This document shows positions 31,072 to 42,288 of a stretch of DNA of 64,000 nt, piece by piece (positions within the stretch are counted from its first letter, which is position 1; every line of letters begins with the position of its first letter). The position numbers and the translations under genes were made by a program. The notes beneath the pieces were generated by a model, which was not told where the DNA came from, made no database searches, and worked only from the letters and a program-made list of their open reading frames with translations. This DNA comes from an uncultured Thermococci archaeon (GTDB lineage: Archaea; Methanobacteriota_B; Thermococci; Methanofastidiosales; B48-G16), in assembly GCA_964595645.1 (NCBI GenBank), contig CAZQQT010000004.1, forward strand, positions 128,001 through 192,000, written 5' to 3'.

Positions 31072-31998
31072 CTAGTCTTTTCTGAAGTATTCTATCGTCT
31101 TCTTTAAACCTTTTTCTAATCCTATCTTCGGCTCCCAATCCAACTTTTCTTTGGCTTTAGTGATATCTGGTTTCCTTCTCTCTGGGTCGTCTTTTGGCTG
31201 TTCCTCATAAGTCAGATCACTATCAGTATCGATCAACTCTATTGTCTTCTCGGCAAGCTCTAAAATGCTGATTTCATGGGGATTACCTAGATTTACAGGA
31301 GTGTTTACATCTGCCTTCATCAACATCCAAATCCCCTCGATCAAATCATCAATATAACAGAAACTCCTAGTTTGACTGCCATCTCCATGGACTGTAAGAT
31401 CTTCGTCATTCAGTGCTTGAGTGATAAAGGTGGGAATCACTCTCCCATCATCGGCTCTCATCCTGGTCCCATAGGTATTAAATATTCTAGCCAACCTAAT
31501 ATCTATATCATGTTTGCGATGGTAAGCCATACATATCGCTTCTCCATAGCGTTTTGATTCATCATAACATGATCTGAAACCTATCGGATTTACATTACCC
31601 CAATAATCTTCTGTCTGAGGATGTACTTCAGGATTGCCGTAAACCTCGCTTGTAGACGTGAAAAGATACTTCGCATCTTTAGCTTTAGCTAATCCCAAAG
31701 TTTTGTGAGTTCCCAATGCGCCGGATTTCAATGTTTTTATTGGATATTCCTTGTAGAATATGGGTGAAGCTAAACTTGCCAGATGTAAAACCCAATCAAC
31801 GTCTCCCCCTACATGAATGAAATCAGTAACATCATGTTCATAGAACTGGAAATTTTTGTGGTAAAAGAAATCGTTTAAATTTTCATCTCTTCCGCTCACT
31901 AAATTGTCTAAACAAACAACTTCGTGGCCTTTATTCAATAAATACTCACATAAATGACTTCCAATAAAACCAGCTCCTCCGGTTATTACTATCCTCAT
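31072..31998 (-). CDS. UDP-glucuronate decarboxylase (UDP-xylose synthase-like)
   Basis: [34 protein letters not shown] and DDGRV motifs. Confidence 0.9.
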   Translation of the reverse strand: MRIVITGGAGFIGSHLCEYLLNKGHEVVCLDNLVSGRDENLNDFFYHKNFQFYEHDVTDFIHVGGDVDWVLHLASLASPIFYKEYPIKTLKSGALGTHKTLGLAKAKDAKYLFTSTSEVYGNPEVHPQTEDYWGNVNPIGFRSCYDESKRYGEAICMAYHRKHDIDIRLARIFNTYGTRMRADDGRVIPTFITQALNDEDLTVHGDGSQTRSFCYIDDLIEGIWMLMKADVNTPVNLGNPHEISILELAEKTIELIDTDSDLTYEEQPKDDPERRKPDITKAKEKLDWEPKIGLEKGLKKTIEYFRKD

Positions 31999-32859
31999 CT
32001 AATCACCTCTAAAATAATTATCTTTTATCCATTCTTTCAATTCTTCTCCCAATTCTTCTTTGATTGCCAAATCTATCGTTGTTTTGATATAGTCTTTTTT
32101 ATTTCCAATATCATATCTTGTACCTTCATAGTAATATGCGTACTGCTCATCGATTAATCTTAAGGCATCGGTAAGCTGCACGTCTCCTCCTTTCCCAGGA
32201 CCAACTTCTTCTAGAGCATCAAAAATATTAGGGGTTAATAGATATCTACCTAAAATAGCTAAATTAGAAGGGGCTTCATCAACTGGCGGTTTTTCTATTA
32301 AATCATCGATCTGGTAAACATTATCTTCTCCTTTTTCTCCTGAAATAACTCCATATAAGTTTACCTTATCTTCAGGAACTTTCTCAACCGCTGTTATAGA
32401 TTTTTCATATTTCTGATATAGGTCTATTAACTCTTTAGTACAGTTGGGTCTAGTAATCGTATCCCCGAGGAGAAGCACAAAGGGATTATCTCCTACATGT
32501 TTTTTAGCATATCTAATAGAATCACCTAGTCCTTTAGGTTCCTTTTGTCGGACATAGTGTATGTCAGCCATGTTAGAAATCTCTCTTACCCTTTCTAGCA
32601 TCTTTTCTTTGCCACTCTTTTTGAGATGATTCTCAAGTTCATAGAAAGTATCAAAGTAATCTTCGATTGAGCGTTTGTGTTTGCCCGTGATTATCAATAT
32701 ATCGTCTAGTCCTGCGGATAATGCTTCGTTTACGACATAGTGCATGACGGGTCTATCAACGACCGGCAACATCTCTTTTGGTTGACTTTTAGTTGCAGGA
32801 AGCAACCGAGTACCCATTCCAGCAGCTGGGATCACAGCTTTAGTTATTTTTCTTTTCAT
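31999..32859 (-). CDS. galU: UTP--glucose-1-phosphate uridylyltransferase
   Basis: KAVIPAAGMGTRLLPATKSQPKEMLP; VRQKEPKGLG; VQLTDAL. Confidence 0.93.
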   Translation of the reverse strand: MKRKITKAVIPAAGMGTRLLPATKSQPKEMLPVVDRPVMHYVVNEALSAGLDDILIITGKHKRSIEDYFDTFYELENHLKKSGKEKMLERVREISNMADIHYVRQKEPKGLGDSIRYAKKHVGDNPFVLLLGDTITRPNCTKELIDLYQKYEKSITAVEKVPEDKVNLYGVISGEKGEDNVYQIDDLIEKPPVDEAPSNLAILGRYLLTPNIFDALEEVGPGKGGDVQLTDALRLIDEQYAYYYEGTRYDIGNKKDYIKTTIDLAIKEELGEELKEWIKDNYFRGD

Positions 32860-32890
32860 CTAATCTCACCTCACTATAAAATACAGTTTT

Positions 32891-33376
32891 TCATTCTATA
32901 TTTTTAATATAATCATTCAATTTTGAAATTAATTTATTTTTTGTATTAAAACTTCTAATTTTTTTATAATCTTTATTTAGAACATTTTCTAGATTTTCTA
33001 TATTATATACAACCACTCCAATATTTTCTTTTTCTAATTTTTTACTTATTTCTAATTGGTGATTATCATAGTGTTCATTGTATTTTTTTTGTCTAGGAAC
33101 AATTATCATTGGCTTATCATAACTGTAAGCTGTAATGATTGTCCCTATACCAGCGTGACCTATGATAAGTCTCGATTTTTTATATAAATCATTAATTTTT
33201 GCATTTGAAGTATATCTAAAAAATCGTGTATGATTTGGTTTATATTTGGTATCTCCTATTTGCATAATTATCTTTTCATCTAAATTGGGTTTAATTTCAT
33301 CTACTTTTTTAATTAATCTACTGAAATCATGAGAACTTCCACCAACAGTTACAAAAATCAAATTACCTTCCCCCAA
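32891..33376 (-). CDS. Alg13/PssE-like glycosyltransferase subunit
   Basis: IFVTVG, IIGHAGIGTI and EHYDNHQLE motifs. Confidence 0.88.
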   Translation of the reverse strand: MGEGNLIFVTVGGSSHDFSRLIKKVDEIKPNLDEKIIMQIGDTKYKPNHTRFFRYTSNAKINDLYKKSRLIIGHAGIGTIITAYSYDKPMIIVPRQKKYNEHYDNHQLEISKKLEKENIGVVVYNIENLENVLNKDYKKIRSFNTKNKLISKLNDYIKNIE

Positions 33377-33849
33377 TATTTAGCTTTTTCATATTTTCTT
33401 GATAAAGAATCCCACTGGACTAAGAATAAATCACTTATAGGATAGATTAATTTAGCACCAGGAGATATTCCTTTAACCCGAGTTAAAGATTCTAAATAAA
33501 TAACTTTTTTACCAAATAATTTTCCGATGTATGATAGACTAATACTTGCAGGACCTCCACTACAAAAAATCACGTCAGGTCTTTCTTTATATACTATATA
33601 CAAGCTCATAATAAAGCTATAAATTTGATATAAAACTAATAATATGAGATAAAGGTATTTAGACTCCAGGGAGGTAAATACTTCAGAGAAATGTTTTTTT
33701 AAATAATATACCTCATTTTCATTTTTAAGTTCTGATGAAACTTCGGAAAATGCCGTCACAAAAAAAGTCTCTTCATCTTTAAAAGCATCTATAATTTGGT
33801 TTGTTTCATCAAGGTGTCCACCTGGACCTACAGAAATACAAATTTTCAT
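33358..33849 (-). CDS. Alg14/PssD-like glycosyltransferase subunit
   Basis: GGHL, ERPDVIFCSG, YLES..R and FLVQW motifs. Confidence 0.88.
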   Translation of the reverse strand: MKICISVGPGGHLDETNQIIDAFKDEETFFVTAFSEVSSELKNENEVYYLKKHFSEVFTSLESKYLYLILLVLYQIYSFIMSLYIVYKERPDVIFCSGGPASISLSYIGKLFGKKVIYLESLTRVKGISPGAKLIYPISDLFLVQWDSLSRKYEKAKYWGKVI

Positions 33850-34134
33850 CTGAATTTCACTACCATTTGAACATTTTTAAATTATTTAATAATTCCCCAT
33901 ATCTTTAAAATATACAATCTAATAAGGTAATCATTTATCTTATATAATAAATTTTAAAATTTTATCTTTGTTGACTTATAATTCGGTTCGATAAAAGCAA
34001 GATTTACAAAATATAAAAATTGATTTTGGATAGTTCTGTTTCTAATCTTTTTTCGCTCAATGGTATCATTTATAAATTATTATTAAAACAAAAATAACTC
34101 ACTAAATTAGTGGTATGTAATATTGTATCTATCT

Positions 34135-35011
34135 TCACTTAAAGTTATTTTTTATGGTTATTTTAAGAAATTTTCTTTTTTTTGAAGCAATTATACTAAG
34201 TTTATCTCCTAAACCTGTTAAATTCCCAATAAAATTTTCACACCGATAAGAGATGAACAGTAATCTATTGCCGATAAAAGAAAGGTAATCATTAGTAGGG
34301 GTTTGAATATCTTTAATTTTTAGGTTAGCCCTAGGAAAAAGTTTTTTACAAGAATTTTTGGTAAAATACCAATAATGTTCATGAGGGGAGTATGCATACC
34401 ATTTTTTTCCTAAAATTTTCCTAATCGGATTCGAGAAACGGGGAACCTCTATACCTATTATCCCATCTTTTTTCATTAGAGTCCTTCCTATTTTTAGAAA
34501 TTTAGGAAAGTTTTTCACATGTTCTAAGAAAGCCTTCATTACTACGACATCAAAATTATGACCTAAATTTTTTTTATCTAGTTTTTCTACATCTCTTACA
34601 AATAAATTATTTTTAAGTTCTAATTCATTTTTCCCATACTTTATTTTTGTCTCATTAAGATCGACTCCCATGGCATAATCCTCTATCTCTAGCCATCTTA
34701 ACAATCCATCCGTAGCCACAACCTAAATCAATTAATTTTCCTCCCTTTTTATATTTATATATTTGTTTCATTTTTTCTTTAGCATAGATTTTAAATTTTT
34801 TTGGATTTAGAGAGGAAGGATTATTATTTGATCTCTCCAAATTTTTTATTTCTTCCTGCTTTAAACTAAATAGAGTTTGGTTTTTTCTTAATCCACAGCT
34901 AGGACATTTTTCGATTACTAATTGCTTATTATTTATTTTTTTAAAAGGCCCTATTTTCATATCAAATTTAAATTTCATATTACAGATTGGACATTTTTTA
35001 AATCTTATCAT
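34135..35011 (-). pseudogene. Class I SAM methyltransferase with N-terminal Zn ribbon, frameshifted near 34680
   Basis: CPIC...CPSCG, LIDLGCGYG in one frame; AMGVD...FLEHV...EVP...EHYWYF in the next. Confidence 0.8.
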
Positions 35012-35075
35012 TTTTCCACCTTGTGATACTTTTTCGATAGTTGACTTTTATTATATTATGGGTAGATAAATAAAA

Positions 35076-36641
35076 TTAGCAATCCATAAATAACTTTATA
35101 TTTTCCCTAATTTTTTCTTTTTCAGTTTCTTTTATTTCTTTTATATCATATTTTTCCTTTACAACATCTGATAAAAACTTTCCGTCCATAATTGGAGGAA
35201 TAGGTATTTTCATTAATACTAATATTGTTGGGGCAAGATCTATTAATTTTGCATTATCGATAACTTTTCCTTCACGAATCCCATCGCCTTCTATAATAAA
35301 TATCCCAAAGGGATCTGCATTATGATCTCCTGTTTTATAAGGCATATCAACTCTTTCTGTAACAATATCAGTATGAAAATTTGGATTAATTTTAAATTTT
35401 TTATTAGGTAAAGGAATTAAATCAGGTAATGTATCTTTATAAGGTCCTTTAAATAACTCCTTTTTAGTGTGAATTTCTTTAAAAACAGAGTTCCCTTTGT
35501 ATTCATATTGTAAGAGTTCTTTTTTTAACTTTTTAATTAGATTTTCATAATTATTCTTGCTATTATTATAGTTAAAATAAATCCCCCAACGAGAACCGTA
35601 AAATAATGTCTTATTTTTATTTACTCTTTTGAAAATTGCGTTTTCATTCATAGCTTCACTTTTTATTTTTTCAGGAACTAATGATCTTATGAAATCAAAA
35701 TTTTTAGTTAAATTTATTCCTTTTGAATAAATGAAATTCTTCATTTGAGTTGAAAAATTATTTTTTGTTTCAAGATACCCCTTCCTTTTTAACCAAGTAT
35801 TAATATGAAAATATTTATTTGATCTTCCATGAAAACCATGGTCTGACATAATTATAGTTATATCAGGGCCCATGGCGTCACGTAATTTTTCGATTTTCTC
35901 GTCTATTTTTTCCAAGAAATTATTTATTTCTTTTTTTTCATCCCAAAAAATATGTTGAATCACATCCAATTCTTTAAAATTAACAATAAAAAAATCAAGA
36001 TTATTCTTTTTTATTAATTTATTACTTAACTCAGCTCTTTTTTTGAGAACATTATATAGTTTATTTTTAACAATTTCTTTATTTACACCTTTTTCAGGCA
36101 ACACCCCTAATTTTCCATTGAATTCTACATCAATTTTATATCCATTTTTATTAAGATATTTTTTTAACTCTTTAGGATAAGTATATTCAGAACTGTGACT
36201 AGGTGAAAGGAATCCGGAAATTAGAAATCCATTAACTTCCTCTGGGGGAAATGTTACTGGTACGTTTACCACCCCTACCTTAAAACCATAGTCAGAAAGT
36301 ATTTTCCAGAGGGAATCGGGTGTTACAAAAGATGCATTTGCTGTTTTATTTTCCATTTTAAAGGTTTCATCTTTTTTTGTTAAACTATTTAACGCGAAAA
36401 TACCCAATTTTCCTGCATTGGTTCCAGTGAAAAATGTGGGCCATGAATAAATCGAAAGTGGTGGGATGACACTTTTTAATTTTCCATGGACACCTTTTTT
36501 TACTAATTTTGAAATATTAGGTATACCTTTTTTCCTTTTTTCCAACAAGGGTTTTAGAATTTTAAATGTAGCTCCGTCTAAACCAATTACTAGTATTCTA
36601 GGATTTTCAATTTTCTTATCTTTTGACATATTATTCACCAT
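35076..36641 (-). CDS. Alkaline phosphatase superfamily protein (type I phosphodiesterase/NPP-like)
   Basis: VIGLDGAT, SVIPPLSIYSW, MSDHGF, GDH and LIDLAPT motifs. Confidence 0.85.
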   Translation of the reverse strand: MVNNMSKDKKIENPRILVIGLDGATFKILKPLLEKRKKGIPNISKLVKKGVHGKLKSVIPPLSIYSWPTFFTGTNAGKLGIFALNSLTKKDETFKMENKTANASFVTPDSLWKILSDYGFKVGVVNVPVTFPPEEVNGFLISGFLSPSHSSEYTYPKELKKYLNKNGYKIDVEFNGKLGVLPEKGVNKEIVKNKLYNVLKKRAELSNKLIKKNNLDFFIVNFKELDVIQHIFWDEKKEINNFLEKIDEKIEKLRDAMGPDITIIMSDHGFHGRSNKYFHINTWLKRKGYLETKNNFSTQMKNFIYSKGINLTKNFDFIRSLVPEKIKSEAMNENAIFKRVNKNKTLFYGSRWGIYFNYNNSKNNYENLIKKLKKELLQYEYKGNSVFKEIHTKKELFKGPYKDTLPDLIPLPNKKFKINPNFHTDIVTERVDMPYKTGDHNADPFGIFIIEGDGIREGKVIDNAKLIDLAPTILVLMKIPIPPIMDGKFLSDVVKEKYDIKEIKETEKEKIRENIKLFMDC

Positions 36642-36661
36642 ATAATTTGTTAAATATCATA

Positions 36662-38098
36662 TCATTTTATAAACAATTGTTTTAAAAAAGAACGTAATCC
36701 TTTAATATTCCTTATAAATTCTGATGGACGTTTTATAGATTGAATAAATTTGTAAGCAATATATTTGGGACTTGTATGATAATGAATATATGCTTTTTTC
36801 TGTAACTCTCTTATTTCAGAAGGATTTAGATTCCCTTGATTAAGAGTAGTAATATAGTGACCCTCCTCAGTAAGCCATTCAGAATAATCTTCCGTTTTTA
36901 AATTACCTTCTTTTTTAGCTTTTTTATAATCATCTGTCCGGGGGTATACCATCAATGGATAAAATTGTGCTGTATCTGGGAATAATTCCTTAGCATATTC
37001 AACGGTGTTTTTTATTGACTCTTCTGTATCGTCAAATAATCCAATTATAAAGCATCCATTAATTAATAAACCAATCTCCCTAGCTTTATTCATAAATTTT
37101 TCCGCTTTGTTAGTTGTGATTCCCTTTCTAATATTTTTCAAAGATTCTTTTGAGGGGGTTTCAAATCCTACACATGCCAATCTACACCCCGCCTTTTTCA
37201 TCTTCTCCATTAATTTAGGATCCGTATTAACCCTCAAATTACATGACCATGGTAAATTAATATTATTTTCTATTTTTTTTTCACAAAATTCCATAGCAGT
37301 ATCTTTTTCTAAACCAAATGTATCATCCTCGATCATGACTTCATTTATTTCAGGCATTTCCTCTTCAATGAATTCAAATTCTTTAATTACATTTTCAGGA
37401 CTCCTTGTTCTATATGAATTTTTAAAGGGTATATTACAAAAAGAACAATTATATTTACAACCTCTTGCAGTTAATATAGTAACCTGAGGATATCCTACAG
37501 AGGCGTAAAAATAATTTTCAGGATTTAGGTGTTTTTTATATACTTTAGAAACAAAAGGTAATTCATCTAAATCTTTAATCATTTCTCTTTCACCAGTGTT
37601 AATTACCTCCCCATCTTTTTTAAATGCGAGTCCTTTAATTTCTCTAAAATTCTTATTTTGATTATTTAATGATTCTGCTAAATCTTTTACTGTATAATCA
37701 TATTCCCCTGAACAAATTGAATCCACTGCGTCATTAAAATTTAATGTCCACTCTGGTTTAGCTGTAGGATGTGTTCCAACCATATTAATATGGATATCGG
37801 GATTGTTTTTCTTGATTTGCTTAGCAAATCTCAAATCATTTTTTATGCTTGGTGTACTAGTATCCATAATAATTAATTTAGGGTCAATAGATTTTATTTC
37901 TTTTAGAGTTCTTTTATGGTCCCTTTTTTCTGCTATGGGGTCTATTAAAAACTCATCAAATCCCGCTTTATCTAAAACTCCTGTCGCATATGCTAGATAA
38001 TATGGATAATATACGGTACCACCAAATGATACTCCAGGAGATCTACTTTGTCTAGAAAAATTTTCTTTAAATGGAGGATTTAGCAATAAAACTTTCAT
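36662..38098 (-). CDS. B12-binding radical SAM protein (HpnJ-like)
   Basis: N-terminal cobalamin-binding-type domain; RGCKYNCSFC (CxxxCxxC); EDDTF; VGFET. Confidence 0.88.
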   Translation of the reverse strand: MKVLLLNPPFKENFSRQSRSPGVSFGGTVYYPYYLAYATGVLDKAGFDEFLIDPIAEKRDHKRTLKEIKSIDPKLIIMDTSTPSIKNDLRFAKQIKKNNPDIHINMVGTHPTAKPEWTLNFNDAVDSICSGEYDYTVKDLAESLNNQNKNFREIKGLAFKKDGEVINTGEREMIKDLDELPFVSKVYKKHLNPENYFYASVGYPQVTILTARGCKYNCSFCNIPFKNSYRTRSPENVIKEFEFIEEEMPEINEVMIEDDTFGLEKDTAMEFCEKKIENNINLPWSCNLRVNTDPKLMEKMKKAGCRLACVGFETPSKESLKNIRKGITTNKAEKFMNKAREIGLLINGCFIIGLFDDTEESIKNTVEYAKELFPDTAQFYPLMVYPRTDDYKKAKKEGNLKTEDYSEWLTEEGHYITTLNQGNLNPSEIRELQKKAYIHYHTSPKYIAYKFIQSIKRPSEFIRNIKGLRSFLKQLFIK

Positions 38099-39102
38099 TG
38101 TTTATCACCTACATAAGATATAACCCCTATTATCGCCCCAAAAAAACCGCTTATTGACCTAATTGAAGCAAATAATGGGGCAAGAAAAAGCATTTTTCTT
38201 TCAAATTTATATGAAAATAAACCGTATGGAATATTTGAGAGATATAAAGTAAAAATAAAAACTAATGGTATATATGATAAATAAAATAGTCCAACAAAGC
38301 TTAATAAGAAGAATCCTACTAAGAAAAATTGTAATTGTGGTTCTAACCCGCTATAAGAATCTCCAGCTAATGCTTTTGATTTGTTTTCAAAATATACAGG
38401 TACTCTCCAAAAACCTCTATAAAATTGTTGTTTCAAATATTTTAAAAAAGATTCAGGATGAAAATGATATGCAAATGTTTTTCCTGTAAAATATATTTTA
38501 TAATTATTATTACTCAATTTATAAGAAAAATCAAAATCTTCCCCACTTGCAGTTTTGTATGAGGTATCAAATCCATCCATTTCTTTGAATGTTTCTTTTT
38601 TTATTGAGAAAGAATAAGTGCCTACAGAATCTGTTATTTTACCTCTAATATTAGAATGACGTTTTTTTGTTTCATAATCAATATATCTTGCAATTAAAGA
38701 CTTCTTATTTTTTATTTCGTAACCACAATGTGCGCCAATAATATTATTTTGTTCATCAATGGGATCTATCATTTCTTTAACCCAGTTATTTGGTAAAATA
38801 CAATCAGCATCTGTAAAAAGGAGTATATCACCATTTGCATGTTTAGCTCCTTTATTTCTAGCACTTGCTGGACCCATATTTTTTTGTTTTGCAATAGGTA
38901 TAGTAAGTTTACTTTTGTCCCTAAAATTTTTAATTTTTGATATTGAATCATCTGTTGAACCATCATCAACTATAATGACTTCAAAATTTTTATAGGTTTG
39001 TTTTTCTAAACTTTTTAAATTTTCAATTATTGTTTTAGAGGCATTATACATAGGTATAATAATACTAACTCTATATTTTGACATTTTATCTTTGTTTCTC
39101 AT
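38095..39102 (-). CDS. Glycosyltransferase family 2 with C-terminal TMs
   Basis: IIPMYN, VDDGSTD, GPASARN, FTDAD and GEDFDF motifs. Confidence 0.9.
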   Translation of the reverse strand: MRNKDKMSKYRVSIIIPMYNASKTIIENLKSLEKQTYKNFEVIIVDDGSTDDSISKIKNFRDKSKLTIPIAKQKNMGPASARNKGAKHANGDILLFTDADCILPNNWVKEMIDPIDEQNNIIGAHCGYEIKNKKSLIARYIDYETKKRHSNIRGKITDSVGTYSFSIKKETFKEMDGFDTSYKTASGEDFDFSYKLSNNNYKIYFTGKTFAYHFHPESFLKYLKQQFYRGFWRVPVYFENKSKALAGDSYSGLEPQLQFFLVGFFLLSFVGLFYLSYIPLVFIFTLYLSNIPYGLFSYKFERKMLFLAPLFASIRSISGFFGAIIGVISYVGDKQ

Positions 39103-39517
39103 AAATCTAACACTCCTAAAATATTTAATTTAACACTTAAAAATTGATGTGTAACAATCGGGATATAGATTATCTGAATCAGCATTCCACAGATAAATAA
39201 TACTTTCATTTTCTTTATTACTCATTTTCCATCTTCCAAAACTCATTGAATACAAAACTGCTCTTAATTCACCATCTTACAGAGCTCACCTATATCGCTT
39301 TAGGGGGGACAACGATCCCTAAAACTCTCCACTTCCTCACCACAACCCACCCACATTTCGCGAAGGACGGCAGTTATCTGCTATCCTTTGCACGCGAAAT
39401 CCGGCAGGTGAGGTTTCTACAAGACAACAATCACCTGTTGCGTTTGCGATATTTTTTTAACTTTTCCGACCAATTCTTCAACATCTCATCCTTGTGATTA
39501 CACTCATCGGCCATTCT

Positions 39518-40301
39518 TTAAAGATATTTTCTGATCTCTTCGCTCACAACTTCATCAAACACAAAATCAAATTCAGGTCCTTCATCCATCTGATGTTTAA
39601 GAGAGTTCTCCCAGCTGTTTTGATAATCTTCCTTTCTTTGGATAAACGCTTCTAGGTCTATCTCTACACCTTTGAATTCGCTTTTTTTCCTTCAACACTT
39701 CCCTCACAATCTCTCTATCAATTTTTTCATGCATCTTCCAAACATCATATAGATCTCTAGGCCTGGTCCTTTCAAATAAGGATCTAATTTTTTCTGCTAT
39801 TATTTCTTCAAGTGGATAACATCTTACCTTTTTATCGAAGTTATCAGGGCAGTTATGGAGGATTCTCCTTGATTCAGGACTAAGAACAATCTTTTCCTTA
39901 TCAGGACGTGTCAGATCAATTTTGATCTTTAAAGGACTTCCAGTACTTCTCAAAATCCTGAAATAAACTTCGATTTTAAATCCGTTTTTAACTTCTTCTA
40001 ATTTCAAATCTTCTTCAAAACGAATCCCATATTCTCTTACGGTCCTTTCAATAGCTTCTTTAATCAACGCCTCTAAACTCTCTTCTCTAAATTCTTTTAC
40101 CATGGTAAAATCAAGGTCATCAGAAAATCTGTAATCATCAAAATATACCTTTTTTATACCAGTTCCGCCTTTCAGGAGCATATCATCGTTAGCGAAGTTC
40201 TTGAGAAACCAGCTCTGGGCATAGTCTCTTTCGATAGTACTAGCGGGCACCCCATTTTTCCTCGCTCTCTTTTTGATCTCACCGTCCCGGATCATCTTCA
40301 A
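39518..40301 (-). pseudogene. abiEii: AbiEii toxin with a frameshift at an A-tract near 39685
   Basis: ERDY, KGGT, RFSDDLDF and RDLYD motifs; C-terminus EFKGVEID...WENSLKHQM continues in another frame to TAA at 39518. Confidence 0.8.
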
Positions 40302-41050
40302 GCCTTCAATTCATTTTCATCAACATTAATGATCAATCGCCATTTCGAATTTCTATCTCCTTTGTCAGGCATAGTGGGATCCAACTTAAGATAATTTCTC
40401 GTATCTACAGCGGGGATATCGATGTTCACGCCATGAAGATCACACAGATATCCGAACCGTCTCCAAACACCGGTATTACCAATTCTATCTATATAATCCA
40501 ATATCTTTCCATCATCGAAATCCTCGGACCTAACCACCTTAGCCACCTCAACAATCCCACCGCAGTACTTAAGTTTATCTAAACAATCAACGATAGTTTT
40601 CTCCTTGTCTGTTATATTCACTTGTTCATCGCCAGACCAGAAAGTCTCTTTCCCGAAGAATTTTTCTTTCTTCAACTTGACTATCTTAAAATTCACGCCG
40701 AATATCTTCTTCTCTCTCCATCTCTCCCTCGAGGTGGTTTGAACGAATACTATTGTAGGTATCTGTTCCGTGAAACCGTGATAGTTGAGAGCACTCCAAT
40801 AACCTACACAGTACGGTTCGGCCAATGCAGAAGCCAAAACGAATTCGTCTAAAGTATATTCCCCTTTTTCACTTCCCACGAGTATAAGCATGTACTTTCC
40901 TTTTTCGATCCTTTCGATCCAGCCCTTTTTTTCTAGTCTAGAAAGTATAACACGCAAACTCTCTCTTTTTAGTTCCGACGCTTCCAAAGCTTCATCAACG
41001 GTGAATGTTTGACCCTTCTGAGCTAATTTATCTAGTAAACTTTTTCTCAT
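40298..41050 (-). CDS. abiEi: AbiEi-family antitoxin
   Basis: LSRLEKKGWIERIEKGKY; YWSALNYHGFTEQIP; EKTIVD; RRFGY. Confidence 0.88.
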   Translation of the reverse strand: MRKSLLDKLAQKGQTFTVDEALEASELKRESLRVILSRLEKKGWIERIEKGKYMLILVGSEKGEYTLDEFVLASALAEPYCVGYWSALNYHGFTEQIPTIVFVQTTSRERWREKKIFGVNFKIVKLKKEKFFGKETFWSGDEQVNITDKEKTIVDCLDKLKYCGGIVEVAKVVRSEDFDDGKILDYIDRIGNTGVWRRFGYLCDLHGVNIDIPAVDTRNYLKLDPTMPDKGDRNSKWRLIINVDENELKA

Positions 41051-41592
41051 TTAAACACACTAATCTTAACATTTTTGTTAATTATCGTGTATATTACTAA
41101 GAAAACATCCGACTATAAGATTTTTACTTATCATCTTCACGGAAATCTCTTTGAATTCAAAACTTCTTACCATGTTAAAAACTTCTTAAAATTATCTTTA
41201 CCTTTTAAATCTCTAATCCCAAAAACTCCTTAAAACCTCTTAAACACTTCTCCATCTTTAACCTCTTTCAATAAATCTTAAATTTTTACAGCCCCCCATC
41301 TACCCCCCATCGGCCCTATTCTCATCGCTGTTCGCTCGATCCAAACCGACGGGTGTTTCGCGGAATTTTTTTCACGTTTCGTCCTTTGGAGGAATCTGGG
41401 TGTTATTTAAAACATTTTACCCCTTTCCCTCCCAAAACCCCCCAAAATCTCGCAATCCTCCCTTCAAAACCACCGTCTTTCGCCCGCAACAAACGTTCGT
41501 TATCTCCCACTCCAGAGCTACGATCTCATAGACCCAACAGCCAACAGCCTCTCCCGCTCCAACAAACGTTAAATCTCCGCAAAGGCCCTTTG

Positions 41593-42270
41593 TTATCCCC
41601 TAAATTTCCGCAAACGACGTTTGATAATCCTTCCGTAAAACACGTTTTGTCCCGAGTGTCTACGACCGAGGGATGAAATCCCACAGGTACCACACGCCCT
41701 TTGCGAGAACAAAAAAACAGAGCAGTTCACCAACAAAAGATATCGATCTCCGATCTTGAAATCCAAAATGTTATAACTCAATTTACCTTCCCGCCTCCAT
41801 GAAATATCCTGACTACGGAAAGAAGGAAAAATACTGGAATCATACTCAAATCCTAGCTGAGAGAGTTTTTCGACGTCTTCCTTACAGATAACTCCTTTAG
41901 GAGACCTATATCCTTTCGGTTTTTCTCCAAAGAAACGTTTATATTCTGTGTAACTTTTAGTAATCTCTTCAGAGGATACAGCATCATTTCTATGGCTGTA
42001 TGAATGAAGTTCAAACTCGACGGTATCTAATCCAATATTTTTGAGTACTTCAGGATCCTTTTCGAGTATTTCTCCTTGGACAAATACAGTGAGTGGAAGA
42101 TTTCTTTCTTTGAAGAAGTTTTTTAACTGTAATAGGTAAGAAAATCCCTCTTTATATTTTTTTGGTAGAAGGTCAGCGTGATCATATTCGAGATCAAGTG
42201 TCAAACAGACTGATTTTTCCTTTATAACATCTTTTGGATTGATAGTTCTGATGTCTTTCATGCAATCCAC
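41593..42270 (-). pseudogene. Polysaccharide deacetylase, C-terminus replaced at the island border (~41815)
   Basis: LTLDLEYD, TVFV, LHSYSH, GYRSP and YDSS motifs, followed by non-homologous sequence. Confidence 0.7.
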
Positions 42271-42288
42271 GAACTTTTAGATATTGGC

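Noticed and set aside
41655-41696. gggat-gaa-atccc-ac hairpin resembling group II intron domain V
   Set aside because: The basal stem and catalytic triad do not fit, and there are no other intron domains or maturase.
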